DNA of 64,000 nucleotides from an uncultured Rhodospirillaceae bacterium (GTDB lineage: Bacteria; Pseudomonadota; Alphaproteobacteria; UBA8366; GCA-2717185): the NCBI GenBank assembly GCA_964474755.1, contig CAYYUG010000003.1, positions 7,580 through 71,579 of the forward strand. Reading direction: 5' to 3'. Under the pieces are notes generated by a model. It was given only the letters and a program-made list of their open reading frames with translations. It was not told the origin of the DNA and ran no database searches. Below are positions 8,813-17,206 of the stretch, one piece after another (positions within the stretch are counted from its first letter, which is position 1; each line of letters starts with the position of its first letter). The translations under genes and the position numbers were made by a program.

Positions 8813-10081
8813 ATGCTTAGATCAGAAGACAACGAATTGCTGTGTCACGTAGGGCCCGGGACGCCCATGGGAAATTTGTTTCGTCGGTTCTGGTTGCCGG
8901 CATTGGTTCCCGAAGAGATCCAAGTGCCCGATTGCGATCCGGTTCGTCTGCGGCTGTTGGGCGAGGATTTAATCGCTTTTCGGGACAGCGATGGACGGAT
9001 TGGAGTGCTAGAGGAGCGCTGTCCGCACCGACGTGCGTCGCTCTATTTCGGACGAAACGAGCAATGCGGTATCCGTTGCGTCTATCACGGTTGGAAATTT
9101 GATGTCGATGGCAATTGCACCGACATGCCGAACGAACGACCAGAGACGGATTTTAAACATAAGGTGCAGATTAAGAGCTACGCCACGGCGGAATGGGGCG
9201 GTTATATCTGGGTTTATATGGGGCCGACAGAGCGTAAGCCGCCTTTGCCGGCGTTCGAGTGGGCTACTTTACCGTCCGCGCACCGTTGGCAGCGTAAATG
9301 GCATTATTCGGCCAATTGGATGCAGGGGCTCGAGGGCGAACTCGATACTTGTCACACGAGCTTTCTACATGGGGGTATCGATCCGGGCTCCCTGTCACCC
9401 GGCCTCAATGAATCTACGGCGAACTGGGCGCGGGATGGCATGCCAACCCTGCACATTTGCGATACGGGTTACGGTTACTATTACGGTTCAAAGCGGGATT
9501 TAGGCAATGGTCATTACAATTGGCGGCTGACCCAGTGGATCCTCCCGAGCACCTCGATAATCCCGCACGCTAAGTTTCCGATCTCCTCGCGTGCCTACAT
9601 TCCGATCGATGATGAGAACACATTTGTCTTCGGTAGTTCATTTAATCCGGATGAGCCAATGACCCAGGTAGACCGTGATTATCTGGAAACCGGCATGGGC
9701 GCCGCCCCGAAACTATTGCCTGGCAGTTTTACGCCCGAGGTTAACCGGACGAACGACTATAAGCGCGACCGAGCCTTGCAGCGCTCAGGTCATGCCACAG
9801 GCATCCCCGGTGTTAACAATCAGGACCGGGCGATTGTCGAGGCGATGGGGCCGATCGTCGATCGCGAGAACGAGCATTTGGGCTCTTCGGACGTTGCCGT
9901 GATCGCTGCGCGCCGTAAACTTATCCAGTTGGCTAAGGACTTGGCCGACGGTAAAGAACCGGATCTGCCACAGGATCCTAGCGCCTTCAATGTCAGGCCA
10001 ATCGACGTGACGACGCCGCATTCGAGAATGGAAGATGTAGTCTTGTCCTACAGTGACAAGCTACGCTTCGCCGCGGAATAG
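8813..10081 (+). CDS. Rieske [2Fe-2S] non-heme-iron oxygenase, alpha-only (phthalate/VanA-type)
   Basis: 422-aa ORF with the Rieske motif CPHRRASL...CVYHGWKF. The N-terminal NLFRRFWLPA pattern is typical of the class IA oxygenase family. Confidence 0.8.
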   Translation: MLRSEDNELLCHVGPGTPMGNLFRRFWLPALVPEEIQVPDCDPVRLRLLGEDLIAFRDSDGRIGVLEERCPHRRASLYFGRNEQCGIRCVYHGWKFDVDGNCTDMPNERPETDFKHKVQIKSYATAEWGGYIWVYMGPTERKPPLPAFEWATLPSAHRWQRKWHYSANWMQGLEGELDTCHTSFLHGGIDPGSLSPGLNESTANWARDGMPTLHICDTGYGYYYGSKRDLGNGHYNWRLTQWILPSTSIIPHAKFPISSRAYIPIDDENTFVFGSSFNPDEPMTQVDRDYLETGMGAAPKLLPGSFTPEVNRTNDYKRDRALQRSGHATGIPGVNNQDRAIVEAMGPIVDRENEHLGSSDVAVIAARRKLIQLAKDLADGKEPDLPQDPSAFNVRPIDVTTPHSRMEDVVLSYSDKLRFAAE

Positions 10082-10095
10082 GCGGCATTGATCTG

Positions 10096-11010
10096 TTAAG
10101 TCTCCGCTGCTTGTTTGCGGATAACTTCCTGATCGTCATCGAAGAAGCGGTTTTCTAGGATACTTTGGTTTGAATATATCGAACCGACGACAGCGCTTGG
10201 TCGAAGTGGCAGCGGGATACGAATCGGAGCTGAGACGACGCGCGGCTCCAGTACCGGTGCGCCTCGAACGATCTTGTCGTTGAACCCATCAAGCCCACCC
10301 TTCAGGTCGGCAAGCGGCCAAGCATCGACGGCGGCGTAGGCCTGCAGCAGGAAGCGGCGCGACTGTGACGAACGGTTGAAGGCAGAGCCGTGCAGAAGGC
10401 GGGCGTGATGAATTGTTAGCGTGCCGGCTGGGCCCATCAGGGGCACTGCCTTCGATAACTCATCGGACAACTCGTCGGGATCGATAGCACCGCAGAAATA
10501 ACCATGTTCATGATGATTGTAGGTTGGCCCCTTGTGACTGCCGGGCACAACGAACATCGGGCCATTCTCTTCCGTGCATTCATCCAGATAGATGCCTACT
10601 GCCAGTACGTCGTCGTTTGTGTGCGGGTAGAAGGCCCAATCCTGATGCCACTCTATCGATTCTCCGACCTCAGCGGACTTCATATTTATCTTGGTATTGT
10701 GCACACGAACGCCCGACGGCATCAGGGGCGCGAGCAGATCCATGATGAAAGGCTCGCCAACGAAGTCGGCGAAGAAATCCGAATGCTCATGATGCGATTT
10801 GATCCTCCGGATCCGAGGTTTTTCTGGTGTGTGCGACGGATCGAGGTCGAGTATTTCTGTCCCGGCGGTGACCTTGTAGGCCTCGGCGCACATCCGTTCG
10901 GTTTCCTTGATGACTGCCTGTAGGCGATCTTGCGGCACGGCATCCGTTATCACGAGGTAACCGTCTCGGTAGTATCGGTCCAATTCTTCCTGGCTCAGCG
11001 TCCGGGTCAT
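10096..11010 (-). CDS. phytanoyl-CoA dioxygenase (PhyH) family Fe(II)/2OG oxygenase
   Basis: ORF 10096..11079 trimmed to ATG 11010 (AGGAGA upstream). LSQEELDRYYRDGYLVI and WHQDWAFYP (HxD) are typical of PF05721. Confidence 0.75.
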   Translation of the reverse strand: MTRTLSQEELDRYYRDGYLVITDAVPQDRLQAVIKETERMCAEAYKVTAGTEILDLDPSHTPEKPRIRRIKSHHEHSDFFADFVGEPFIMDLLAPLMPSGVRVHNTKINMKSAEVGESIEWHQDWAFYPHTNDDVLAVGIYLDECTEENGPMFVVPGSHKGPTYNHHEHGYFCGAIDPDELSDELSKAVPLMGPAGTLTIHHARLLHGSAFNRSSQSRRFLLQAYAAVDAWPLADLKGGLDGFNDKIVRGAPVLEPRVVSAPIRIPLPLRPSAVVGSIYSNQSILENRFFDDDQEVIRKQAAET

Positions 11011-11278
11011 CGCCGTTTCTCCTGGTGAGTATTGCTCTGATAATAACATATTGTCCCCTGACTTAGGCAAATTCGCCATTCGTAGGAGAAATCAGCTATC
11101 TCCCGAGAAGGAAAACAGCCCTTTCTCGAATACCAACGACGGGCATTTACAACATGTCAGGCGCGATATTTTTTTTGGAGGAACTGTTTGTTTTATGCGA
11201 TGGCTATCCGTTCGGTTTTATGGGGACCTTCGTCTATCCTGTCTTTACTTTTGGACGAAACCGCATTAGGCGCGCATT

Positions 11279-12166
11279 ATGAACGAACTGCCTGAAATCC
11301 TCGCATCCCCTGAGATCACACGCCAGGCGACCGGTTTCGTCTTTACTGAAGGCCCACTCTGGCACCCGGACGATTTCTGGTATTTCAATGATATACGGCC
11401 GGGTACTCTTTACAAGATGCGTCTTGGTGGAGAACCGGAAATGATCCGCAAGACCGTCGGCGGCAACGGGATGACATTCGATTTGCAGGGGCGCATCATC
11501 CATTGTGAAGGTGAGGCGCGTAAAGTCACTCGAACCGAATTAGATGGTACGGTGACCACTTTGGTCGATCGCTTCGAGAGTGGTCGCTTCAACAGGCCGA
11601 ACGATGTCATTTGCCATTCGGACGGCAGTCTCTACTTTACTGACCCGTCAATGCGTCGCTCCTTCGCAGAACGTGAAATTCCCGGACCTGAAGGGGAGGA
11701 TGGTGTTTGGGCAGGGGCACAGGTCTATAGGGTTGCACCAGACGATAGCATCTCCACCGTCGTGACAGTCGAATACCCGAACGGTCTTGCATTTTCGCCT
11801 GACGAGAAGACGCTTTACATCGCCAATACGCGGTCAAATCAGTATGTCCATGCGATCGAGATAGACGCTGAGGGTAACTACATCCGTCGTCGCATTTTCT
11901 GCGACTTCAGTGGTGACGATGTTGGCTTCCCTGACGGTATGAAGGTCGACAGCTCTGGGCGCGTGTTCTGCACCGGACCGGGTGGCATCTGGGTCGTCGA
12001 GACGGATGGCAAACATATCGGCACGATTCGTTTTCCGGAACAGGCAATCAACATGGCCTTCGGCGGTGAGGATTTGTGCACGCTTTTCGTGACGGCCCAC
12101 ACGTCGGTCTACTCGGTCCGGGTCAGGACGCCGGGTCAGCCACACCCGTTCTACCTTCAAAAATAG
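11279..12166 (+). CDS. SMP-30/gluconolactonase/LRE-family beta-propeller hydrolase
   Basis: 295-aa ORF. FTEGPLWHP, RPNDVICHSDGSLYFTDP, PNGLAFSPDEKTLY and PDGMKVDSSGRV repeats are typical of PF08450. Confidence 0.8.
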   Translation: MNELPEILASPEITRQATGFVFTEGPLWHPDDFWYFNDIRPGTLYKMRLGGEPEMIRKTVGGNGMTFDLQGRIIHCEGEARKVTRTELDGTVTTLVDRFESGRFNRPNDVICHSDGSLYFTDPSMRRSFAEREIPGPEGEDGVWAGAQVYRVAPDDSISTVVTVEYPNGLAFSPDEKTLYIANTRSNQYVHAIEIDAEGNYIRRRIFCDFSGDDVGFPDGMKVDSSGRVFCTGPGGIWVVETDGKHIGTIRFPEQAINMAFGGEDLCTLFVTAHTSVYSVRVRTPGQPHPFYLQK

Positions 12167-12179
12167 GGAAGGTAACGCC

Positions 12180-13247
12180 ATGAAATTCGGCGGCGTTGTT
12201 GCGACCAAAATCGACGATTGGCAGATCTTCCAGTATCTGGAGGACCTCGGCTACGACAGCGCCTGGGCGCCGGATTCTCAGATGATCTGGTCCGACTGCT
12301 ACGCCACTCTGGCACTGGCGGCGCACCATACGAACCGCATTCGTTTGGGTACTGGTGTGTCCATAGCAGGTACGCGTGCTGCACCGGTTACGGCCCATTC
12401 CATTGCCACGATCAATAAGCTGGCGCCGGGTCGCACATTTCTGGGAATCGGGACCGGCCACACTGCTATGCGTATCATGGGACAAAATCCAGTGCCGCCG
12501 AGTAAGTTCCGCGACTATCTACGGGTTTTGCACGGCCTGATGCATGGGGAAGAGGTTGAGTATGAGGGTCAACCGATCCGGTTCCTGGATCGAGAGCTCG
12601 AATGCATTAATATAGACGATCATATAGACATCTACGTGGCCGCTAACGGAGCGAAAGCCTTGGCCGCCGCCGGCGCTTATGGTGATGCCCGGATTAGCGC
12701 TGGCAATGAACCGGTGAGCGTGTTCCAGCGAAATTTGGGACGCATGCGCAAAGGGGCTGAAGCGGTCGGCCGGCGGTTGGCCGATGATTTCCCCTCCGCC
12801 GTCCTGACCTATGCCTGCATCCTGGAGCCGGGCGAAACGCTCGCCTCCGACAGGGTTATCGAGGAAGTTGGAGCGGCGGCGTTATCGAGCCTGCATTTCT
12901 GGTACGAGATTTATCTGCAGCGCGGCACTGATGCGTTTATTCTCGCAGATGTACGAGATACCTGGGAGGCCTATAAAGAATATGTCGACAGTGAATTTCC
13001 GCTGGATCGACGGCATCAATTTCTTCACCGAGGTCACTGCGCTTTTACTCCAAAAAGCGAGCGACGCTTCATCACACCGGAGTTGATCCGTGCCTCCGGC
13101 GGTCTGGTGGGCGCGCCAGATGAAATTATCGAGCAGATTCGAATATTTGAGGCGGGTGGCTTGACTGAGACGTTGTTGTTGCCGCCCGTCGCGGTCGCGC
13201 GCGACAATTTCAAAACCTTCGCTGAACGAGTGATCGAGCGGTATTAA
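12180..13247 (+). CDS. luciferase-like (LLM) flavin/F420-dependent oxidoreductase
   Basis: 355-aa ORF with GGAAGG upstream. LGYDSAWAPDSQ...RIRLGTGVS...GRTFLGIGTGH is the LLM pattern. Confidence 0.8.
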   Translation: MKFGGVVATKIDDWQIFQYLEDLGYDSAWAPDSQMIWSDCYATLALAAHHTNRIRLGTGVSIAGTRAAPVTAHSIATINKLAPGRTFLGIGTGHTAMRIMGQNPVPPSKFRDYLRVLHGLMHGEEVEYEGQPIRFLDRELECINIDDHIDIYVAANGAKALAAAGAYGDARISAGNEPVSVFQRNLGRMRKGAEAVGRRLADDFPSAVLTYACILEPGETLASDRVIEEVGAAALSSLHFWYEIYLQRGTDAFILADVRDTWEAYKEYVDSEFPLDRRHQFLHRGHCAFTPKSERRFITPELIRASGGLVGAPDEIIEQIRIFEAGGLTETLLLPPVAVARDNFKTFAERVIERY

Positions 13248-14008
13248 CCGGCGGTCATACCGCCGTCGATGGTAAGCTCGGCTCCGGTCATCCAGCCCGA
13301 CTCGTCTGAGGCCAGGAACAGGCAGCCATTGGCGATGTCTTCTGGTTTGCCGAAATGCCCCATCGGCGTCTTGTCAAGGCGAGGTTTGGCGAGTTCTGGG
13401 TCGTTATGGGTGATCTCGGTCATCGGCGAGGTCACAAACCCAGGATGGACTGAATTCACGCGGATGTTCTCAGTTGCGTATTGCAGCGCTACCGACTTCG
13501 TCGCGAGGCGGACCGATCCTTTTGAGGCGTGGTAGGCGACATTATGCGGTGAGCCGACTAGCCCGTAGATCGATGAGATATTGATAATAGAACCTCCACC
13601 GGCCGCCTTCATTGCCGGCACCGCATGTTTCATGCCTAAGAAAATGCCGGTTGAATTAACATCCATTACCGTGTTCCAATTCTCAATATCTTGATCCTCG
13701 ATTTTTGGCGCGAATTTTGTGCCCGGAATACGACCGGAGACGCCGGCAGCATTGACCAAAATGTCGAGCCGGCCGAACCGGTCGAGTGTCTGCTGAATTG
13801 CGCTCTCCCACTGACTTTCGTCGGTTGTATCGAGATGGATGCAGATCCCGTCACCACTTTCCTTGGAGACCTCATGGCCGAGATTGTCGTTGATGTCGGC
13901 TACTGCTACACCGGCACCTTCACGTGCGTAAAGACGACAGGTCGCCGCGCCAATCCCCGATGCGCCGCCTGTGACTAGCGCTACTTTTCCTTCGAGCCGT
14001 CCTGCCAT
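13244..14008 (-). CDS. SDR-family oxidoreductase
   Basis: 254-aa ORF. It has VALVTGGASGIGAA (TGxxxGxG), NAAG and YxxxK (YHASK), with GAGGAGG upstream. Its stop codon overlaps the stop of the convergent LLM gene within TTAA. Confidence 0.85.
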   Translation of the reverse strand: MAGRLEGKVALVTGGASGIGAATCRLYAREGAGVAVADINDNLGHEVSKESGDGICIHLDTTDESQWESAIQQTLDRFGRLDILVNAAGVSGRIPGTKFAPKIEDQDIENWNTVMDVNSTGIFLGMKHAVPAMKAAGGGSIINISSIYGLVGSPHNVAYHASKGSVRLATKSVALQYATENIRVNSVHPGFVTSPMTEITHNDPELAKPRLDKTPMGHFGKPEDIANGCLFLASDESGWMTGAELTIDGGMTAG

Positions 14009-14045
14009 TTTCTGTCCTCCTCATCATTTGACGTACGATATTTTC

Positions 14046-15167
14046 TCATGCCACTGCGCCGCGCAATCGTGGGGAGACATCATCGGGAGCCAACGCGGCC
14101 ATTCGGCCGGGATCAAAGGGGCGCAGATCGACTGTTGTTTCCCCGTCACCAAGGATCAATTCCGTTAACGCCTCTCCGGTTGCAGGAGCATTGAGCATAC
14201 CCCAAACATTGTGGCCAGTTGCGATGTAGGCGCCAGTAGGCCCGGAGACAGCGCCGATCAGTGGCAGTCCGTCTTGCGTGGCCGGCCGGTAGCAGGCCTG
14301 CTCGGCGAGAATTTCTGAGGTGCCCAGTTCTGGGGAAATGCGTCTGGTCATTTCGCGTAAGGTGGCGCTTGCGCCAGGCTCCGGCAGTACGTTGGCGGGA
14401 TCGACGGGTAGCAGGTCTTCGCCAGAAAGACCGCATACATAGGTTGTGCCGTCTGGCCTGGGATTAATTTCCGGCTGGGTCATCATACCGGATTTCCACT
14501 CCAACTCGACGAACAGAGATTCCGGCGACGGTTTGTATTTGAACACCAGACTATGACCTTTCAGCCCGTGGGTGGCGGGAAGTGGAAGCCATTGGCAGGC
14601 TAGGATAGACCAGGGCCCCATGGCGATCACGACAGCATCAGCAAAGACTTCTGCACCATTGACGATCGCGCCGGTCACGCGTTGTTTGTCGGGACTAGAC
14701 AGCAGCCCGTCGATGCAGCCCTCGATTAGAGTTGCGCCGTGGTTGGTCGCTGCCGCCATCATCGCTTTCGTGAACATCGCTGGATGAAGCTGTGCGGTGT
14801 TGTCTGTTGTACCAAGCTGACGATAGACGACGCTGTCTTCACCTAGCCAGGCAGGGGCGTCTAGTCTCCGATAACGGCTCATATCCTGATGAATGCTGCT
14901 GACGACACTCAGCGTTTCGACCCGCCGGTAGCCCCAATCATATTCAAGGGTTGTAGCCAATTCGGCGTGTAGATTGAAGCTTCTCCGGGCGAGGGGGGCG
15001 AGGGGCGAACCGTCGCACCAATCGAGTGCGAGAAATCCTCCGGATTTGCCTGAGGCGGCGTTGGCGAGACCGGTACGCTCGACAACGGAAACCTCGACGC
15101 CGCGCTGGCTAAGGAAATAGGCGGTCGAAGTGCCAATGACGCCGCCGCCGCAAATTAGAACCTTTAT
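14046..15167 (-). CDS. FAD-dependent oxidoreductase (DAO / glycine-D-amino-acid oxidase family) with a non-canonical or lost start codon
   Basis: The ORF track begins at TTG 14960, but the same frame is open up to 15170. That stretch encodes (ATA)KVLICGGGVIGTSTAYFLSQRGVEVSVVERTGLANAASGKSGGFLALDW, the GxGxxG Rossmann N-terminus of PF01266. No ATG, GTG or TTG occurs between the in-frame TGA (15171..15173) and 14960. ATA at 15165..15167 sits exactly where an ATGA-type overlap with the hyuA stop would place ATG. Confidence 0.65.
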   Translation of the reverse strand: MKVLICGGGVIGTSTAYFLSQRGVEVSVVERTGLANAASGKSGGFLALDWCDGSPLAPLARRSFNLHAELATTLEYDWGYRRVETLSVVSSIHQDMSRYRRLDAPAWLGEDSVVYRQLGTTDNTAQLHPAMFTKAMMAAATNHGATLIEGCIDGLLSSPDKQRVTGAIVNGAEVFADAVVIAMGPWSILACQWLPLPATHGLKGHSLVFKYKPSPESLFVELEWKSGMMTQPEINPRPDGTTYVCGLSGEDLLPVDPANVLPEPGASATLREMTRRISPELGTSEILAEQACYRPATQDGLPLIGAVSGPTGAYIATGHNVWGMLNAPATGEALTELILGDGETTVDLRPFDPGRMAALAPDDVSPRLRGAVA

Positions 15168-17206
15168 GATTCAGCTCCTGTATAGCGGCACAGGAGGCCG
15201 CCGCCTTCACCGATAGTCACCGTCCAGTCAGGTGGAATGATCGAGGTGCCGCCCGCTTCTTCGACAATGGCTGGGCCCTTGAAATTGTGTCCAAGTGACA
15301 AGTTGTCACGTGTATAAATTTTTGTTTCTGTCCAATCGCCAAACCAGACTTGCCGTTGCCCCGTATGCTCTTCACCGTTTTCGCTCTGGGTAAATTCTAG
15401 AGTCGGTTTATCAACCTCACCGATGGAAACGAGCCTAATATTGACGATTTCAGCATCGTTTGTCCGGTCCGCGTAGCCAAAAGTTTCTTCATGTCGCGTA
15501 TCGAATGCCTGTCGGAGCAGGTTGAAATCAACGCCGTCTGGATTCCAGGGGATCGCAAGTGTGAAAGATTGTCCAGTATAACGCATGTCCATGGTGAACT
15601 CATGTCGCTGGCGATTAGCTGCGATCCCGTCGGCAATTAGCAGTGCCGTTCCCTGCTCGCGTAACTCGTCTGCTTCTCGTTTGAGATCCGTCAGTTCTAG
15701 TTGTGAGAGCCGTCCTCCTGAGGCTTTGACAAGGTCGCGACGCAAATCTGCCATCATTTGACCAAGGGCGGAGAGGTGGCCGGGGAAGCGTGGGATCAAG
15801 ACCTCTGTCATGCCGAGTTCCTCGGCGACGAGGAAGCCATGCATCGGGCCTGCACCCCCGAACCCAACCAAAACAAAGTCCCTCGGGTCAAAACCCCGAT
15901 GGACGCTGACTTCGCGTACTGCACCCGCCATCTTGGCGACAGCGACGGAGAGGGCGCCATCGGCTACGCCGACAAGATCGTCGGTTCCGAGTTTATCAGC
16001 GACAGGTTTAAATGCGGCTTCAGCCGCCGCCTTGTCGAGATGAAGACCACCGGCGAGCGGGCGCTCAGCGTCTAGCCGTCCGAGCAATAGATTGGCGTCG
16101 GATATCGTAGGTTCCGCGCCGCCGCGACCGTAGCAGGCGGGCCCCGGAAGTGCGCCTGCGCTTTGCGGTCCAATTTGCAAGGTGCCGTCTGAGCCGATCC
16201 AGATGATCGAACCGCCACCAGCACCAATTGTGTGAATATCGAGCTGTGGCATGCGCAGCGGATAGGCATCAATCTGATTGTCGTGTGACATGCGCGGCGT
16301 CAGATCGTGTACCAGTGCGACATCGGTGCTGGTCCCACCCATATCGAAGGTGATGATATCGGGGCGCTGCGCTGATTCTGCGACGCGGACAGCGCCGCTG
16401 ACGCCACCGACAGGGCCAGATAGGAAAGTCCCAGCACAGCGTTGGGCCGCGATTCCGAGTGTCATGGCGCCACCGTTTGAGCCCATGATGTTGACAGGTG
16501 CGGTGATCCCTTGGCCGGAGAGTTCTTGCGCCAGCATGGCGAGGTATTCGCTCATGACAGGTGCGAGATAGGCATTAAGGACAGCAGTCGAGGCCCGCTC
16601 GAATTCGCCACGTTCGGGGATGAGGGCCGCCGACTCGGTTACAGGAACATCGTTGAGCCGGTCGCGAAGGGCTTGCGCGGCCTCTTTTTCATTTTGTGGA
16701 TTTACGTAACTGTTCACAAAGGCGACTGCGACGGCTTCAATCTGTTGCCTTTGCATCGCCTCCGTGATCGCGTCTAGATCAGCGGTAACAAGGGCTGTAA
16801 GAATGTCACCGTTGAAGTCGATCCTTTCGGCAAGCTCATACCGCATGTCACGGGGCACCAGTGGCGCCGGCCGTTGCCAGGTCGCGTCGAATAAGCCACC
16901 CGTTAGCCGGCGTCCCTTGCCGATCTCCAGTACATCCCTAAATCCCTTTGTGGTCACCAGCGCAGTTTTTGCGCCGCGGCGCTGCAAAAGCGCGTTCGTG
17001 GCGATAGTCGTGCCATGCACGAAGGCGCGGATCGCGTCGAACGGAATTTCGAGTTCCTTTAACGCATCAAGAACGCCGCGCCATTGCTCACCGGGTAGGG
17101 ATGGAACCTTAGCGGAAAAGAGGCGGTGTTCACCTTCGTCGTAGGCTAGTAGGTCGGTGAAGGTGCCGCCGACATCGACACCGATGAGGTAGCGGGCTTT
17201 GCTCAT
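15164..17206 (-). CDS. hyuA: hydantoinase/oxoprolinase family, A (beta-like) subunit
   Basis: ORF 15164..17233 trimmed to ATG 17206, which overlaps the hyuB stop (TTATGAGC, an ATGA overlap). YLIGVDVGGTFTD is the N-terminal signature of PF05378/PF01968. Confidence 0.85.
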   Translation of the reverse strand: MSKARYLIGVDVGGTFTDLLAYDEGEHRLFSAKVPSLPGEQWRGVLDALKELEIPFDAIRAFVHGTTIATNALLQRRGAKTALVTTKGFRDVLEIGKGRRLTGGLFDATWQRPAPLVPRDMRYELAERIDFNGDILTALVTADLDAITEAMQRQQIEAVAVAFVNSYVNPQNEKEAAQALRDRLNDVPVTESAALIPERGEFERASTAVLNAYLAPVMSEYLAMLAQELSGQGITAPVNIMGSNGGAMTLGIAAQRCAGTFLSGPVGGVSGAVRVAESAQRPDIITFDMGGTSTDVALVHDLTPRMSHDNQIDAYPLRMPQLDIHTIGAGGGSIIWIGSDGTLQIGPQSAGALPGPACYGRGGAEPTISDANLLLGRLDAERPLAGGLHLDKAAAEAAFKPVADKLGTDDLVGVADGALSVAVAKMAGAVREVSVHRGFDPRDFVLVGFGGAGPMHGFLVAEELGMTEVLIPRFPGHLSALGQMMADLRRDLVKASGGRLSQLELTDLKREADELREQGTALLIADGIAANRQRHEFTMDMRYTGQSFTLAIPWNPDGVDFNLLRQAFDTRHEETFGYADRTNDAEIVNIRLVSIGEVDKPTLEFTQSENGEEHTGQRQVWFGDWTETKIYTRDNLSLGHNFKGPAIVEEAGGTSIIPPDWTVTIGEGGGLLCRYTGAES

